From the NCBI GenBank assembly GCA_024626585.2, contig JANKJI020000002.1, forward strand, positions 112,086,202 through 112,109,621: a stretch of DNA of 23,420 nucleotides, read 5' to 3'. A program made the translations under genes and the position numbers. The notes beneath the pieces were generated by a model. That model was not told the origin of the DNA. It saw only the letters and a list, made by a program, of their open reading frames with translations, and did no database searches. This document shows, piece by piece, positions 1 to 12,800 of this stretch; within the stretch, counting starts at the first letter, position 1; every line of letters starts with the position of its first letter. The DNA is from Ginkgo biloba. Lineage: Eukaryota; Plantae; Ginkgophyta.

Positions 1-1272
1 TTAGTTTTAATTAACTTGAAACATTAGAAATAAAAAATAAAAAAAAATAAAATAGAAAAAATCATAGGTATGTTGTGTTCATGGTCCATAGCCATTTGTG
101 ACTATTCATGACCGGATCAACTTTATAGTTTTACTATTCACTATTGATGATCTCTAATTCTATCCAGGAATGATGAACCATTTCTCTCCAAACACCAATA
201 GTTCTTTAAAAAGTCAAAACTACTAAAGTTTTCAACCAACTTAAAACATATCCATTCATCATTTTCTCTTAAAGATTAGTGTTAGCCACTTCTCTCCAAG
301 TAGTCGTTGGAAGTTCAACTTCTTTTCCACTTTGGGTTTTTTTTTTTTTTTAGTGAATATGGATCTTTCTTTGTTATTTTAGCACCTAGGTGATTATTTG
401 CAAATATTTTGAGATTCTATAATCATTTGGAAATGATCCTCTTATTTGCAATAAATTCAAACAATTTTCTTATCTCTTTTAGTAGTTGAGCTCTCTTTCA
501 TAGTCACCCATGATTTAGAATTTCTTACTCATAAGATTGTCCAAACCTAGTTAACAAATGATGGAGCAAAGTGATATTTGTAAGTGATATTATTGAGAGT
601 TCTATAAGCAATATAAATGCACCATTTACCTCCTTTCGTAAAAATAAAAAATAATGGAGAAACCCATTAGCTATCAGAAATGGGATAAATTATAGCAATA
701 GTAAGAAGTTGTTGTAATTTTTTATTAATAGCCTATAACATTATTGTATTTAATCTTCATTTATGCTATCAAAATGGCTTAGTCTCATATTTTATAAAAC
801 ATTAATATTGATAGATTGTAGGTACAATCCCTCTAAAATCTTTATGACTTTAAGGAAAGACATTATTATGCTTTTATAAGATTTGGAANNNNNNNNNNNN
901 NNNNNTTGTCCCGTTCCTCTATCAAGGCACTGCTTATTTTAAGAGTTTTAGTATTCCTTGTGTAAATTTATTCAAAACCACTTGAAGAATGGTATGGTAC
1001 TGATATGATATTAGGGAACTTATTTATCTTTTAGAATAGGAAATAAAGTTTTAAAATTCTATTGAGAATTAGAGTTATCTCCTTACAAAAAATTATAAAG
1101 TGTAGCATATTCATCACCCTATTTAAATGTGTCATATGCATCTATNNNNNNNNNNNNNNNNNNNNNNNNNNNNNNNNNNNNNNNNNNNNNNNNNNNNNNN
1201 NNNNNNNNNNNNNNNNNNNNNNNNNNNNNNNNNNNNNNNNNNNNNTTGGGATTTTATAACTAAGTGACCCCC

Positions 1273-2350
1273 CCGAGGGTGTTCAATGGTTCAAGAGATG
1301 TGAAGATACTTGAGAACTTCTTATGGGATATGGAGCAATATCTTACGAATTATATTAGTGCTATAGATGAGCAAAATATTAACACAACAACCATGCACCT
1401 AACCAGGATGGCTAAGACATGGTGGTAGACCAGAGTAAGGGATGCCTCGACAAGGAAGCCGATTAAAGAGGTGAAGAGTTGGAACAACTCAAGGATACAT
1501 TGAAAGAGAAATTTCTATCAAGCAACCAATCATAGTTGGAAAGGAAGACCTTAGGCATATTGAGACAAACAAGCATGGTTAGAGATTATGTGGAGAAGTT
1601 TAATGCCCTAATGATTGAAGTCCAAGATATGAGTGAAGAAGATAGGTTATTTTCTTTCATGGATGGACTACATCTATGAGCCTAAGGAGATTTGAGACAT
1701 AAGGACATAAATACCTATCATAAAGCGTTGGCAATGGATGATGGATTATTGGACTTTTGGATTGAGGGATGATCAACCTAAGGTGCACAATCTAATAATA
1801 GACCATCAAACAAGGGTAGGGTTGGTGAAAGAACAAAGGATAGAAAGAATTTTGGACATGCAAGATCATCATCGTCCTCAATAGTGAACCAACCGAGCAA
1901 ATTAAAAGGTAAAAAGAGAGTGAAGTGTTTTATTTGTGCAGGTTTGCACTACACAAGGGACTATCTACAAAATATTGATATCAATGTAGTTCAGGTAGAG
2001 GATTAAAGTGGTGATGAGAAACCATTGATGATAGGGGCCTTATAAATAGTTAGGACAGTGCAAGTGATTAATCACCTAAGCAAGAAGAAGATGGCAGAAG
2101 GATCGATGTCCACAACGGTGAGTGATGAACGTGGTGAGACAGGCAAGGAGGATATAGTCCATTATGAATTGAACTAAACTACTTGGCATGATGAGACAAA
2201 TAATGCCAAAATGATGAACAACCAATGTGGTTGGAAGAGTTGTATAAAATACACGAGATGATAATGGCCAGAGGTAGAGGCACCAGATGCAGTCAATAAA
2301 GATGAGTCAATGAGGTTATCGACCCTTTTTCCAATGGAGGAGGATGTAAG
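1273..2350 (+). mobile_element. Degenerate Ty3/gypsy (Galadriel/Monkey-like chromovirus) gag with a probable PPT/3'LTR junction
   Basis: PRVFNGSRDVKILENFLWDMEQY, TMHLTRMAKTWW*TR, LRQTSMVRDYVEKFNALMIEVQDMSEEDRLFSFMDGL, zinc knuckle CFICAGLHYTRDY (1926-1964); stops and frameshifts; purine tract GGAGGAGGA followed by TGTAAG at 2345. Confidence 0.8.
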
Positions 2351-5300
2351 GGGTTACATTCCCTCATTAGCCTACATAGGAAGGATTAGTGGGCCAACAA
2401 AGGTAGACCATCACTAGCTAATAGAGGACACAATTAGAGATAACATGACCAAGGTAGACACAAGATTGATTAGTAAAAAATATGAGCTAGATGGATAAGT
2501 AACCAAGAAGATAGGGCCTTATGAGAATAACTAGAAAATATGGGACCACTAATAAAAAATTAGTTATGGATAGATGTGGACAAGAGAGATAGTGATGGTT
2601 AGTGGGTAAACAATGAGGTTGTTCGATAGAATATGGGAGATGTGCTAGGTAGGCAATGATGTAAATAAGAGGACTGCTTGAGTGAGGTCGGCTGGACCTA
2701 AGGCCTCAAAAGATAAAGTGATAATCACTCTGGTAGACATCATCGTCTAAGAAATTGAGTTGGATGTAAACCAATTGGCAGTTAAGAAAATAATAGAGTT
2801 TACAGGGTTTCATTTGAAGCCTTACATTGATGAGTTGAAACTAGAGAATTCCAAGTTGAAAGGATAAAATGCATCCCTTAAAGGAAGAATGAAATATCTT
2901 GAGTCAAATATACTCCCTCTAATGATGGTCTAACCCATTTATGCCATTAAGCCCTTAGTAGATAGTAGATTGCATAAAAAGCTTCATATTACTAGTACTT
3001 GTAAAAATATTTTTCTGGAATTTACATAGGAGGTGGAAGATGAGGTGGTATAGTTGGGACTATATATGTGGAAGCTATATTATAATATATATAATATGTT
3101 TATAAGATATCTTCCTATCTTAAAGTAAATTCCCAATTCATAAATAAATTAGAAATTTTCATGAGAAAAAAAATTGTTGAATTTTGGGATTTTGTGAACA
3201 AGGGAGTTGGAGAACCTTACAAAAAGGTAAAAGAGGTGGAAGAATTTGAAAATTATTTTGTNNNNNNNNNNNNNNNNNNNNNNNNNNNNNNNNNNNNNNN
3301 NNNNNNNNNNNNNNNNNNNNNNNNNNNNNNNNNNNNNNNNNNNNNNNNNNNNNNNNNNNNNNNNNNNNNNNNNNNNNNNNNNNNNNNNNNNNNNNNNNNN
3401 NNNNNNNNNNNNNNNNNNNNNNNNNNNNNNNNNNNNNNNNNNNNNNNNNNNNNNNNNNNNNNNNNNNNNNNNNNNNNNNNNNNNNNNNNNNNNNNNNNNN
3501 NNNNNNNNNNNNNNNNNNNNNNNNNNNNNNNNNNNNNNNNNNNNNNNNNNNNNNNNNNNNNNNNNNNNNNNNNNNNNNNNNNNNNNNNNNNNNNNNNTAT
3601 ATCCTTATCAAAACAATTTGTTTGTTCATTAAGAGTGGCGATATATGACTATACTAATTTAAACAAAGCCAAATATTACGGCTTACTCCCATTTGGAGTA
3701 GTCATTTTCTTTTATGACAAGTTATGATTGCATCAATAGTGGAAATAAAAAGTCTCTTGAAGATAATCTTATATCATTCGAGATCCCTTATAGGTTGTAA
3801 GACCACAAAATTAATGAGGTGTTTCTAATTAGCTATTGAAATCAAAATATCATCAAGCATTCTTTCAAGATGCAATATTAACTTATTTTCTATCTGCAAC
3901 ACTATATGAGTCTTTTAAATTCCTCTAAGGAATAATTATTTCATAGGTTCTACTATAACCATATTAATGGAAACCCCCAAATCAACTAGAAATTCAGGAA
4001 TCTTAGTGTTATCAATTTATATGTTGACTAATGGTGTTCTCGAGCTTCTTACTTATACATAGGTTCCTTCCTAAGGAGGAAAATAGATATAGCTCTAATA
4101 GTTATGATCCTAGAAGGATCCTTCCTCTTCTTCCATCCCTTAGAGTACAACTGCTATATTTATAAATAAATGGTAGTATCTTTAACTTGAATGAGAGGAA
4201 TTCAAATAAAAACATTTTCCAATTCTTCCACAAAATTTAAATGATTGTCATCTTTCCCTTCTTTGACCTGTTCAATATTTATGGAATTTGTACACATAAT
4301 TCTATCTATGTAAAAAGTGAAAAGGAAGTAAGAGGAGGATCCACAATTATATTAATGGATTCCTTAAGTTCCTCCATAATTAAAGTGTTCTTTTACTTCA
4401 NNNNNNNNNNTGCTTTCCATAGATGATCCTTCCAAAATCTTGCCTAAGTATATAGTAACATCAACACATGGTTTCACATGCATGATTGTATCTTATGACA
4501 CTCCAACTTGTGATAAAATGGATTCCCATTCTATGTATCCATTAATGTCAACAATATGTATGTCATACTATTATTTTTTTGGCTCCTACACAGTTTGGAA
4601 TTACTTACATATGTAATGATAAGGACGTATCTTTCTGTGCAACTTAAGGTATACCAAGTTGAGCTATCTTGGTTNNNNNNNNNNNNNNNNNNNNNNNNNN
4701 NNNNNNNNNNNNNNNNNNNNNNNNNNNNNNNNNNNNNNNNNNNNNNNNNNNNNNNNNNNNNNNNNNNNNNNNNNNNNNNNNNNNNNNNNNNNNNNNNNNN
4801 NNNNNNNNNNNNNNNNNNNNNNNNNNNNNNNNNNNNNNNNNNNNNNNNNNNNNNNNNNNNNNNNNNNNNNNNNNNNNNNNNNNNNNNNNNNNNNNNNNNN
4901 NNNNNNNNNNNNNNNNNNNNNNNNNNNNNNNNNNNNNNNNNNNNNNNNNNNNNNNNNNNNNNNNNNNNNNNNNNNNNNNNNNNNNNNNNNNNNNNNNNNN
5001 NNNNNNNNNNNNNNNNNNNNNNNNNNNNNNNNNNNNNNNNNNNNNNNNNNNNNNNNNNNNNNNNNNNNNNNNNNNNNNNNNNNNNNNNNNNNNNNNNNNN
5101 NNNNNNNNNNNNNNNNNNNNNNNNNNNNNNNNNNNNNNNNNNNNNNNNNNNNNNNNNNNNNNNNNNNNNNNNNNNNNNNNNNNNNNNNNNNNNNNNNNNN
5201 NNNNNNNNNNNNNNNNNNNNNNNNNNNNNNNNNNNNNNNNNNNNNNNNNNNNNNNNNNNNNNNNNNNNNNNNNNNNNNNNNNNNNNNNNNNNNNGCCATA

Positions 5301-7299
5301 GTTGAATACAAAATGTCATCCTTAATATCAACTAATATATTACTAATCTCAACATTGTTGATGGTGTAAGAAGTCATTATTCCATTTTCGTTTGAGCTTA
5401 TTATTTAGAAGCTTTTTACATCTATAGGTTTATTTACTATCCATTTCTTTAAAGCTCTCAAATAATACAAGTATAATTTTTAGATTTTCTACAATGTAGC
5501 CTGTGTTATTTCTCCTCCAGTCATCAAGTATATCCATAACTAAATAGTATCTAATATGTGTTCTAAGAAGACAATATCTAAGCTAGATTCTTCACGTATA
5601 TGACGTGAATAAGCTTAGAATTTAATTTAATTTCTCTTAACTCTTCCTCCTCTTATTCGATCCATAAAATCTCTTGTTTGAAGTCAACATCTTGATAGTA
5701 CCCTTGATACTTCAAAAAAAAAATATTTGCATTTTTTCCCATATGATGACATAGCCCCTTTCTAGCCTCATAAATTAGCATAAGTCGTCCCCCTTCAAAG
5801 TGGAGGGAAGTAGTTTCAATTTATATGCATTTGTAAAGTAATCATATCTTCTACAAATAATATCAAATTCAAATGAAAAACTATTTGGATCTTCTTGAAT
5901 TCTTTCCTATAATTACAAAAGAGGTTTCAGAGGAATATTCTTCATGGTACTAGCTTTAGCGTGTCTAATTATGACAGTGAGAAACATGATAGTTCAATTT
6001 TGTTATAAATAGTTTCCTCGTTGTTGTTTCTAGAAGCAACCATTTTTTATTTATTGAGTTCTTTTTCATCTACTATAAATGTCGATTCCTTAGTAATTTG
6101 CTCATTACAATCCAATTGAAGGTTTGAAAGAGTGTCCTTAGATAGTTTTTCTATTAAAACATACTTCTATAAATCTACCTAGAGCACCTTGAGGTCTATC
6201 TTTCATTCCTAAGATATGATGTTTAGTTTACATAAGGATTTTCAATATGATTAAAGAAATAAGTGTAGATCAAAGAGAAGTTTTGGTCCTTCATTATTAA
6301 AGCACAATANNNNNNNNNNTTTGAGTATATCTTATCTTAAGGAGGTGTTAATAAATTCTCTACTATATCACTTTTGATGTCTAGAATCAACAATACTTTT
6401 GAATTTATTCCTTGGCTTACTAATTTTTGGGGCTTTTAATTGTCCCATTATTAAATGCGATCAACCTCCAATGTTTGTAATTGTAGAAATAGGCTCACTA
6501 TCCCCAATAATAATGGTAAAATGATGATTTATTTTTTTAAACTATTATTAATTATCAAACTCAAGTTTGTGGTTTTTTAAGTTGGGTGAAAGATAGAATT
6601 TCATTTATCATTGATGATTGAAATTGTTAGAAGTGGAGCTTCATTAATTTTGAATGAAAGAAAAATCATTGTGTATAATATAAACATAGAATAAAATGTA
6701 AATGGAAGAATTAAAACTAAAAAACTAAATGTATTAATAAATATAAGTGAATTAAATCTAATATAAGACTATAAAAGAAATAAAAAACCTATATAAGAGG
6801 TAGATCAATGTCTAGCATTGGATAAGATCAATTTGTCCAACTCTCATTGGAGTGAGTTAGATCACTTTTCAATAAAATNNNNNNNNNNNNNNNNNNNNNN
6901 NNNNNNNNNNNNNNNNNNNNNNNNNNNNNNNNNNNNNNNNNNNNNNNNNNNNNNNNNNNNNNNNNNNNNNNNNNNNNNNNNNNNNNNNNNNNNNNNNNNN
7001 NNNNNNNNNNNNNNNNNNNNNNNNNNNNNNNNNNNNNNNNNNNNNNNNNNNNNNNNNNNNNNNNNNNNNNNNNNNNNNNNNNNNNNNNNNNNNNNNNNNN
7101 NNNNNNNNNNNNNNNNNNNNNNNNNNNNNNNNNNNNNNNNNNNNNNNNNNNNNNNNNNNNNNNNNNNNNNNNNNNNNNNNNNNNNNNNNNNNNNNNNNNN
7201 NNNNNNNNNNNNNNNNNNNNNNNNNNNNNNNNNNNNNNNATTCTAATAATAAACCCCTTAATATGGGTATTTGTATCTAAATCTACTTTAAATTCCTTT

Positions 7300-9235
7300 C
7301 GAATAACCTTGCTATGTTATTCACATATATTGCATTTCCCATTCATGATGATACAAACTTTGTCAAAGTAATGTAGTTCATTCATCTCCTCTTCCCATTC
7401 TATGACTAAATCATTAGAGTTGACTATGCCTAATTTCATGTTAAAAAAATTGAGTAATCCATCATAATTAACTTCATTAATTTCCTTTACATAGGTATAG
7501 ATGATTGTAACATCTTGGTCAAATTGGGATTTAATTTCTAACTCATCCTCAAATGAATATTTCTCATCTTTTTTTATCTCCCAGGGCTATTTATTTTGAT
7601 TTAGTGGACCATATAGGAACTTTAGACCTTGTTTGAATTTCATCTAGTATTTATTGAGGCTAATAAAACCTCTTATTGCCTTAATCTAAGGTATACCAAG
7701 TATTACCTTGTAACCACTTTCCTCTATCACTAATGATATCACATGAAAGTTCTTCTTAGATTCCAAAGTTCCCCAAAGAACCTTCATATCTAGCATCCTT
7801 CCTCTTAGAGTAATATGATTTTGATCTAGAATTCTAATGATTATACTTTATTATATCATTAGAGGAAATCCTATATTTTTACACATATCCATGGATATTA
7901 TATTAACTTTAGATACAAAATCCACAATATCATGTTTAACCTTCACATGTTGAACTAATAGTTTTACAATTGGTTAAGTGTCCTTATACCTAACTGTATG
8001 ATTCTCCTTGACTTGGAAATTATCCAAGTACCATTTATATAAATTTTTTCATAGATCTATAATGTTAAGAAAATTAATTTTCTCAGACTTCAAACCTTTT
8101 ACCATCTTTAGGAGACCTCATTTTTTTCCTTCCTCGTTAGATGCATTATTAGTGGCCTCTACTTGTAATGATAGTATAGTAATACCTTATGTTGAATCTT
8201 ACTATCTTAATGCATCCTCTTGCTGAGATTTAATGACCAAAACCTTTGCTCACTTGAACTCCCTTTTATGATATTTTGGATAAGGATATTTTATCTTTTT
8301 CTCACCCTTTTCTTTAGCAAAATACCTTATCTTGGAAGTTTCACTACTGTCAAACCCTTTTGGATGGGACCTTGTTGTCAATTTGACATCCTTATCCAAC
8401 CATACTTCAGAGTTTTGTTCAGTGTGCATTAGCTTAATGCTCATCACTCTTTCCAACAAGATTGGGAAATCTTTTGTCTCATGGTCACAAATGCCACATA
8501 TTTGACAAACGTTCACTACAGAAATAGAAAATGGACATGCCTTTGATGTGTGGCCCTAAATATTACACTTAAAGTATTTTATAATTCTAACATCTACCAC
8601 TTTTAATTTTGAGTCTACTTTATAGTCATTTGTGATGGTGGTGTCCTCATCCTGAGAACTTGTACCTTCACCTCATTCTCATTTGTCACCCTTCTTTTGG
8701 AATTTGGTTCTTATTACTTTAGCAATTATATTGGTTATGATTTTAAGTTTTATGACCAAAATAACACATTCTAAGAGTATTTTCTCTACCTTCATTCTTT
8801 TTTTCTAAACGAACTCACCTAATTATAGACCTTTGTTCATCCTTTGGACACTTATTTTGAAGGCACTTCTCTCTGTAAGATTTACACCAAACTAAATCTT
8901 GTTTGGTCGAGGTTTATTCATCAACTTTCTCATTGACTCTTACAAACCCTTCATAATTTTTCTCGACTCATTAGTCTTCTCCACCACATCTAACCTCATC
9001 CAGTCAACCTTAGCATCCATTTGTACATCTTTATAGAATGCCTCTTAATACATTATTGGACTACTCTACTTGACCTGATCTCTAATGCTTGACGTTAATC
9101 CTGCTATAAACCAATTGATCTTCTTCTCTTCAAGGATGGTGTATGGTAACTTGGCTACCAAGGGTTTGAAAAGTCAATCATAATCTTTGATAGACTCATA
9201 TTTTTTTAATTGAAGATTCTTAAGCTCATTAAAAG
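7300..9235 (-). mobile_element. Degenerate Ty3/gypsy (Tat/Athila-like, non-chromovirus) gag-protease remnant
   Basis: Minus strand: ELKNLQLKKYESIKDYD*LFKPLVAKLPYTI...WFIAGL (Retrotrans_gag); two knuckles CNI*GHTSKACP and CQICGICDHETKDFP; protease IVDFVSKVNIISMDMCKNIG ... YKVILGIP*IK (cf. LLGRPWL). Confidence 0.75.
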
Positions 9236-9840
9236 TAACTATATGGGTAANNNNNNNNNNNNNNTATGCATAATAATTATAAGTGACCAAATCTATTATC
9301 TTTTTATTTATGGTTGTCATTTATTTTGCTTAAGAATTTATGCTAAAACTACTTATGCATTTCTATCCATATTTGATCTAAGAGCTAGCTTGTAATTATA
9401 AGTGACATATTTATACTTTCTTATTCTACCACTTTAAGAATATATTCAATAAGGGAGGCATATTATTTATGGCTTTGAAGGAGGTAAATTTTTCTAGAAG
9501 GATGACTATTCTCTCATGTTTTAATATAATTTCCCTTTAATAGGTGAATGCTTCTCATTTTCTTATTATCCAATCTAGTTGTCAATTCATATGATTCACA
9601 TTTAAAGTTGTGTTGGGATCAAGCTAAATTTGTTAAAGTAATGTCTACTAGTCTTATTAATGTAGATCTTATGACAATTCTTTATATCAAAATCTTAAGA
9701 TCATAAAATTGAGGAACTTTACCCATTTGAAATTGTAAGATGGATCTCAAAATATTGTATATTTTCTTGCCAAAATATGTTGGGATACTAAGATGAATTC
9801 CTAGCTATAAATAATACCACATATCATAATGCTCCAACAT

Positions 9841-9916
9841 ATTATTCCCTATAAATATTATACTCATTATTGGATACTAAATGTTATACTCATTATTCCC
9901 TATAAATATTATAATG
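9841..9916. repeat. Three-copy ~25-26 bp minisatellite
   Basis: ATTATTCCCTATAAATATTATACTC / ATTATTGGATACTAAATGTTATACTC / ATTATTCCCTATAAATATTATAATG. Confidence 0.75.
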
Positions 9917-10199
9917 AATAGTCTAGTGTTTAGTGTAATATTTATTATGTTGATGATTGAATATGTCATATAAATATAAATTAGAGGATAAGGTTTTCAC
10001 ATAATAGAACCTTTCATCCTNNNNNNNNNNNNNNNNNNNNNNNNNNNNNNNNNNNNNNNNNNNNNNNNNNNNNNNNNNNNNNNNNNNNNNNNNNNNNNNN
10101 NNNNNNNNNNNNNNNNNNNNCACAAAGGGGTCTAACATATGGTTCCATATGGTCTAGTCTAGTCTAGGTTATGACCATGAGGAATTATGTCCAAGAACT

Positions 10200-12360
10200 A
10201 TTTATTCTTATTGTTGAGTAAGTAATTTTTCCATTTTGCTAATGCATGCATGATTACAAGTATTTTCCTAATATATGCACACATTAATTTTCCCTATTAT
10301 TAGGTTATTATTGCATGCATGATCAATCCTCTTGTATGAAAATAACTCCAATTCTTATGCTAAATGCATCATATTATAAGGCAAATGTCTTGAAATTTTT
10401 TGGGGTTGGTAGTACTTACATTATTGTTAATTCTTGTTTTAAACTCTAAAAGGGGTGCCCATTCCATAGAATGGCTCCTTTTTTAGTAAGTTAGTTAATA
10501 GTGTTGTTATTATAGAACAATTCTTTATGAATTGAGGAAGGAACCTAGCAGCCATAAGAATCCCTTAAATTGGAGATGGACTTTATTTGGCCCAATCAAC
10601 AATTTCTCTAGATTTTAGATTTGTATAAATTGGCTCCTTTGATGGCAATATGACATGTCATAGTAATCAAGTTTCTACTTTTAAAAGACACATTTGGATT
10701 GCTTGGCATAGAATTTATTGTCTTCGAGAATCATCATGACTATGTCAATTTGTTTCAAGTGGTTATTCCATGCCTTAAAATATATAAGGAAATCATGAAA
10801 AGTTACTAAGATAAACTTTCTTAGTACTACTACGAATACTTCATTGTATATGAACACNNNNNNNNNNNNNNNNNNNNNNNNNNNNNNNNNNNNNNNNNNN
10901 NNTGTTTAAAATATTTCCTTGGGCTTATTAGTTATCTTTTTTCGTAATTGATAATGTCTCGACCAAAGATCTATCTTTGGAGAAATATTTATCTCATTGA
11001 TTTGGGGCATTAGAAATTTCTTTTTTGCTCTTATTTTGTTGAGATCCCTCTGCTCAAACATATACTCTAAAGGATCCATCCTTTTTCCTTTCTAAAACAA
11101 CAACTGTGACTTATGGGCTCTTGTTATGGGTTATNNNNNNNNNNNNNNNNNNNNNNNNNNNNNNNNNATTTTTTTTGTTTGTCTATATCAATAGAGTTGT
11201 ACTATAATTGGGGCCCTATTTGGTGTGCTCTAAATGATGTGCTCAATTCCTTTACCTAAAGAATACATTTTTGTAGATATTTAAATATATGATGATACTT
11301 TTTAAAAAAATCCTCTAATCCTTCCTGAGTCCTTGGAATTTTTTCAATGAGCTCCTATTGGTTGCGATAGAATTACATGGAGTAAAGTCATATGATGAAG
11401 CCTATATGTACTTTTTCTAAAGATGCTTTCCATCTTTTTACAAACTAATAATTTGAGTAGGTACATATATGTCCTTCATTTTATACTTTAGTATATCTTT
11501 ATAACATGTTATGAAATGTTCATTGTGATTCAGTCCATAGGTTCCCAGGGTTCTTAACCATTGTACTCCTAAGGTAATATTAATACTACCAATTAGTAGG
11601 GAATATGTATTGGAGGATAGATTAACCCATAAGAAGCTTGGCATTCTTGATTTTAACATCATATATCAATGTCTTATGTCTAGTTATAGATGCTTGGAAT
11701 GCTTTAGTTTCTTCTACATATAACTAAGTTTTCGTAGTCTCCTTTAGTCGATGAAATTATGCACATTATTAGGGTCAATTAGTACCATTGCTTTTAATTT
11801 AGAAGGTAATCTTAAGCGTATTTAAACTTTGGAATCATGCCATTACTGCTAGAGAAAATTTGTAGTTGATCATTACTACTTGGTGGTTTTTTGATAATAT
11901 CATCTTCATCTTATAAATCAAATTATTATTCCTTATGCTCTTCTCTTTCCTATTATTTATTAGATATGAATGTTTCCCTATTTTTTACAAACCTTATGAT
12001 GGTCTATTTTCCTTAGTTTAATGCACTCATAACATAGGTTCTTTCTCCTTCTTTTCTATCTTTTTTATCTTTCATGTGTTGACCACTAATTTCCATCCAT
12101 AGTTGGTGCTTCAGTTGTGTGTAAGTTTTCTTGTGACTAGTGTATGGTATTCCTACTGAATCTTATCTTCTTTGTAGGGGATAAATATACCTTTCCTTGA
12201 ATCCCAAGCATCTAACTTTTATGTCTCTTAAAATCATCATCATAGCCTCAAGTGTTTGTGTATTATCACATGTTATCAATATAGAATAAAATAACTATAT
12301 GGTCATCCATGCTTGATTTATAATGTAACCTTTCAAACTCTTCTATATAATCCTTGATAA
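10200..12360 (-). mobile_element. Degenerate Ty3/gypsy chromovirus (Reina-like) gag-PR-RT-RNaseH remnant
   Basis: Minus strand, in order: IKDYIEEFERL (gag), KNLCYEC..H knuckle remnant, VLIDPNNVHNFID and LGVQWLRTLG (protease), VVLERKKDGSFRV, YFSKIDLWSRHYQLR, FILVTFHDFLIY (decayed FFDDILIY), FYAKQSKC, LTNLLKKGAILW, and IMHALAKWKNYLL (RNase H). Many stops and frameshifts. Confidence 0.85.
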
Positions 12361-12622
12361 GTACACTTTCTAAAATAAATGGGTGACCTATGATGTACAT
12401 TAAGAGTTCACATTACTGAGTAGGAGACTAAGGGGCTTAGCACACTATAGAGTTGGACATATGGCCTTGATCTATTAGTGAGAGCTATGACCAAATGGAT
12501 AATTGTGAGAATAATGTTTTCTNNNNNNNNNNNNNNNNNNNNNNNNNNNNNNNNNNNNNNNNNNNNNNNNNNNNNNNNNNNNNNNNNNNNNNNNNNNNNN
12601 NNNNNNNNNNNNNNNNNNNNNN

Positions 12623-12800
12623 TCAAATTGAGGAACTTTCAGAGAAGGGGCATATTAATCCCAATGCTTCACCATGTGGATTGCCTATCCTTCTTATTTT
12701 GAAGAAGGATGGCTCATGGAGAATGTGCATAAACTTTTAAGCCGTTAATAAAATTACTTTCAAAAATAAATATCTACTTCGTGTTGATTAGGATTTGTGT
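12623..12800 (+). mobile_element. Short Ty3/gypsy reverse-transcriptase N-terminal fragment
   Basis: QIEELSEKGHINPNASPCGLPILLILKKDGSWRMCINF*AVNKITFKNKYLLRVD matches [41 protein letters not shown]. Confidence 0.85.

Noticed and set aside
150-650. Possible copia-like gag zinc knuckle on the minus strand (KKIV*IYCK*EDHF)
   Set aside because: Too degenerate, with no adjacent protease or integrase motif recognisable.
12782-12790. TGTTG as the start of a copia LTR inserted into the RT fragment
   Set aside because: It is explained as RT codons (R-V-D of the PRIDD motif), and no matching CAACA end with TSD was found.
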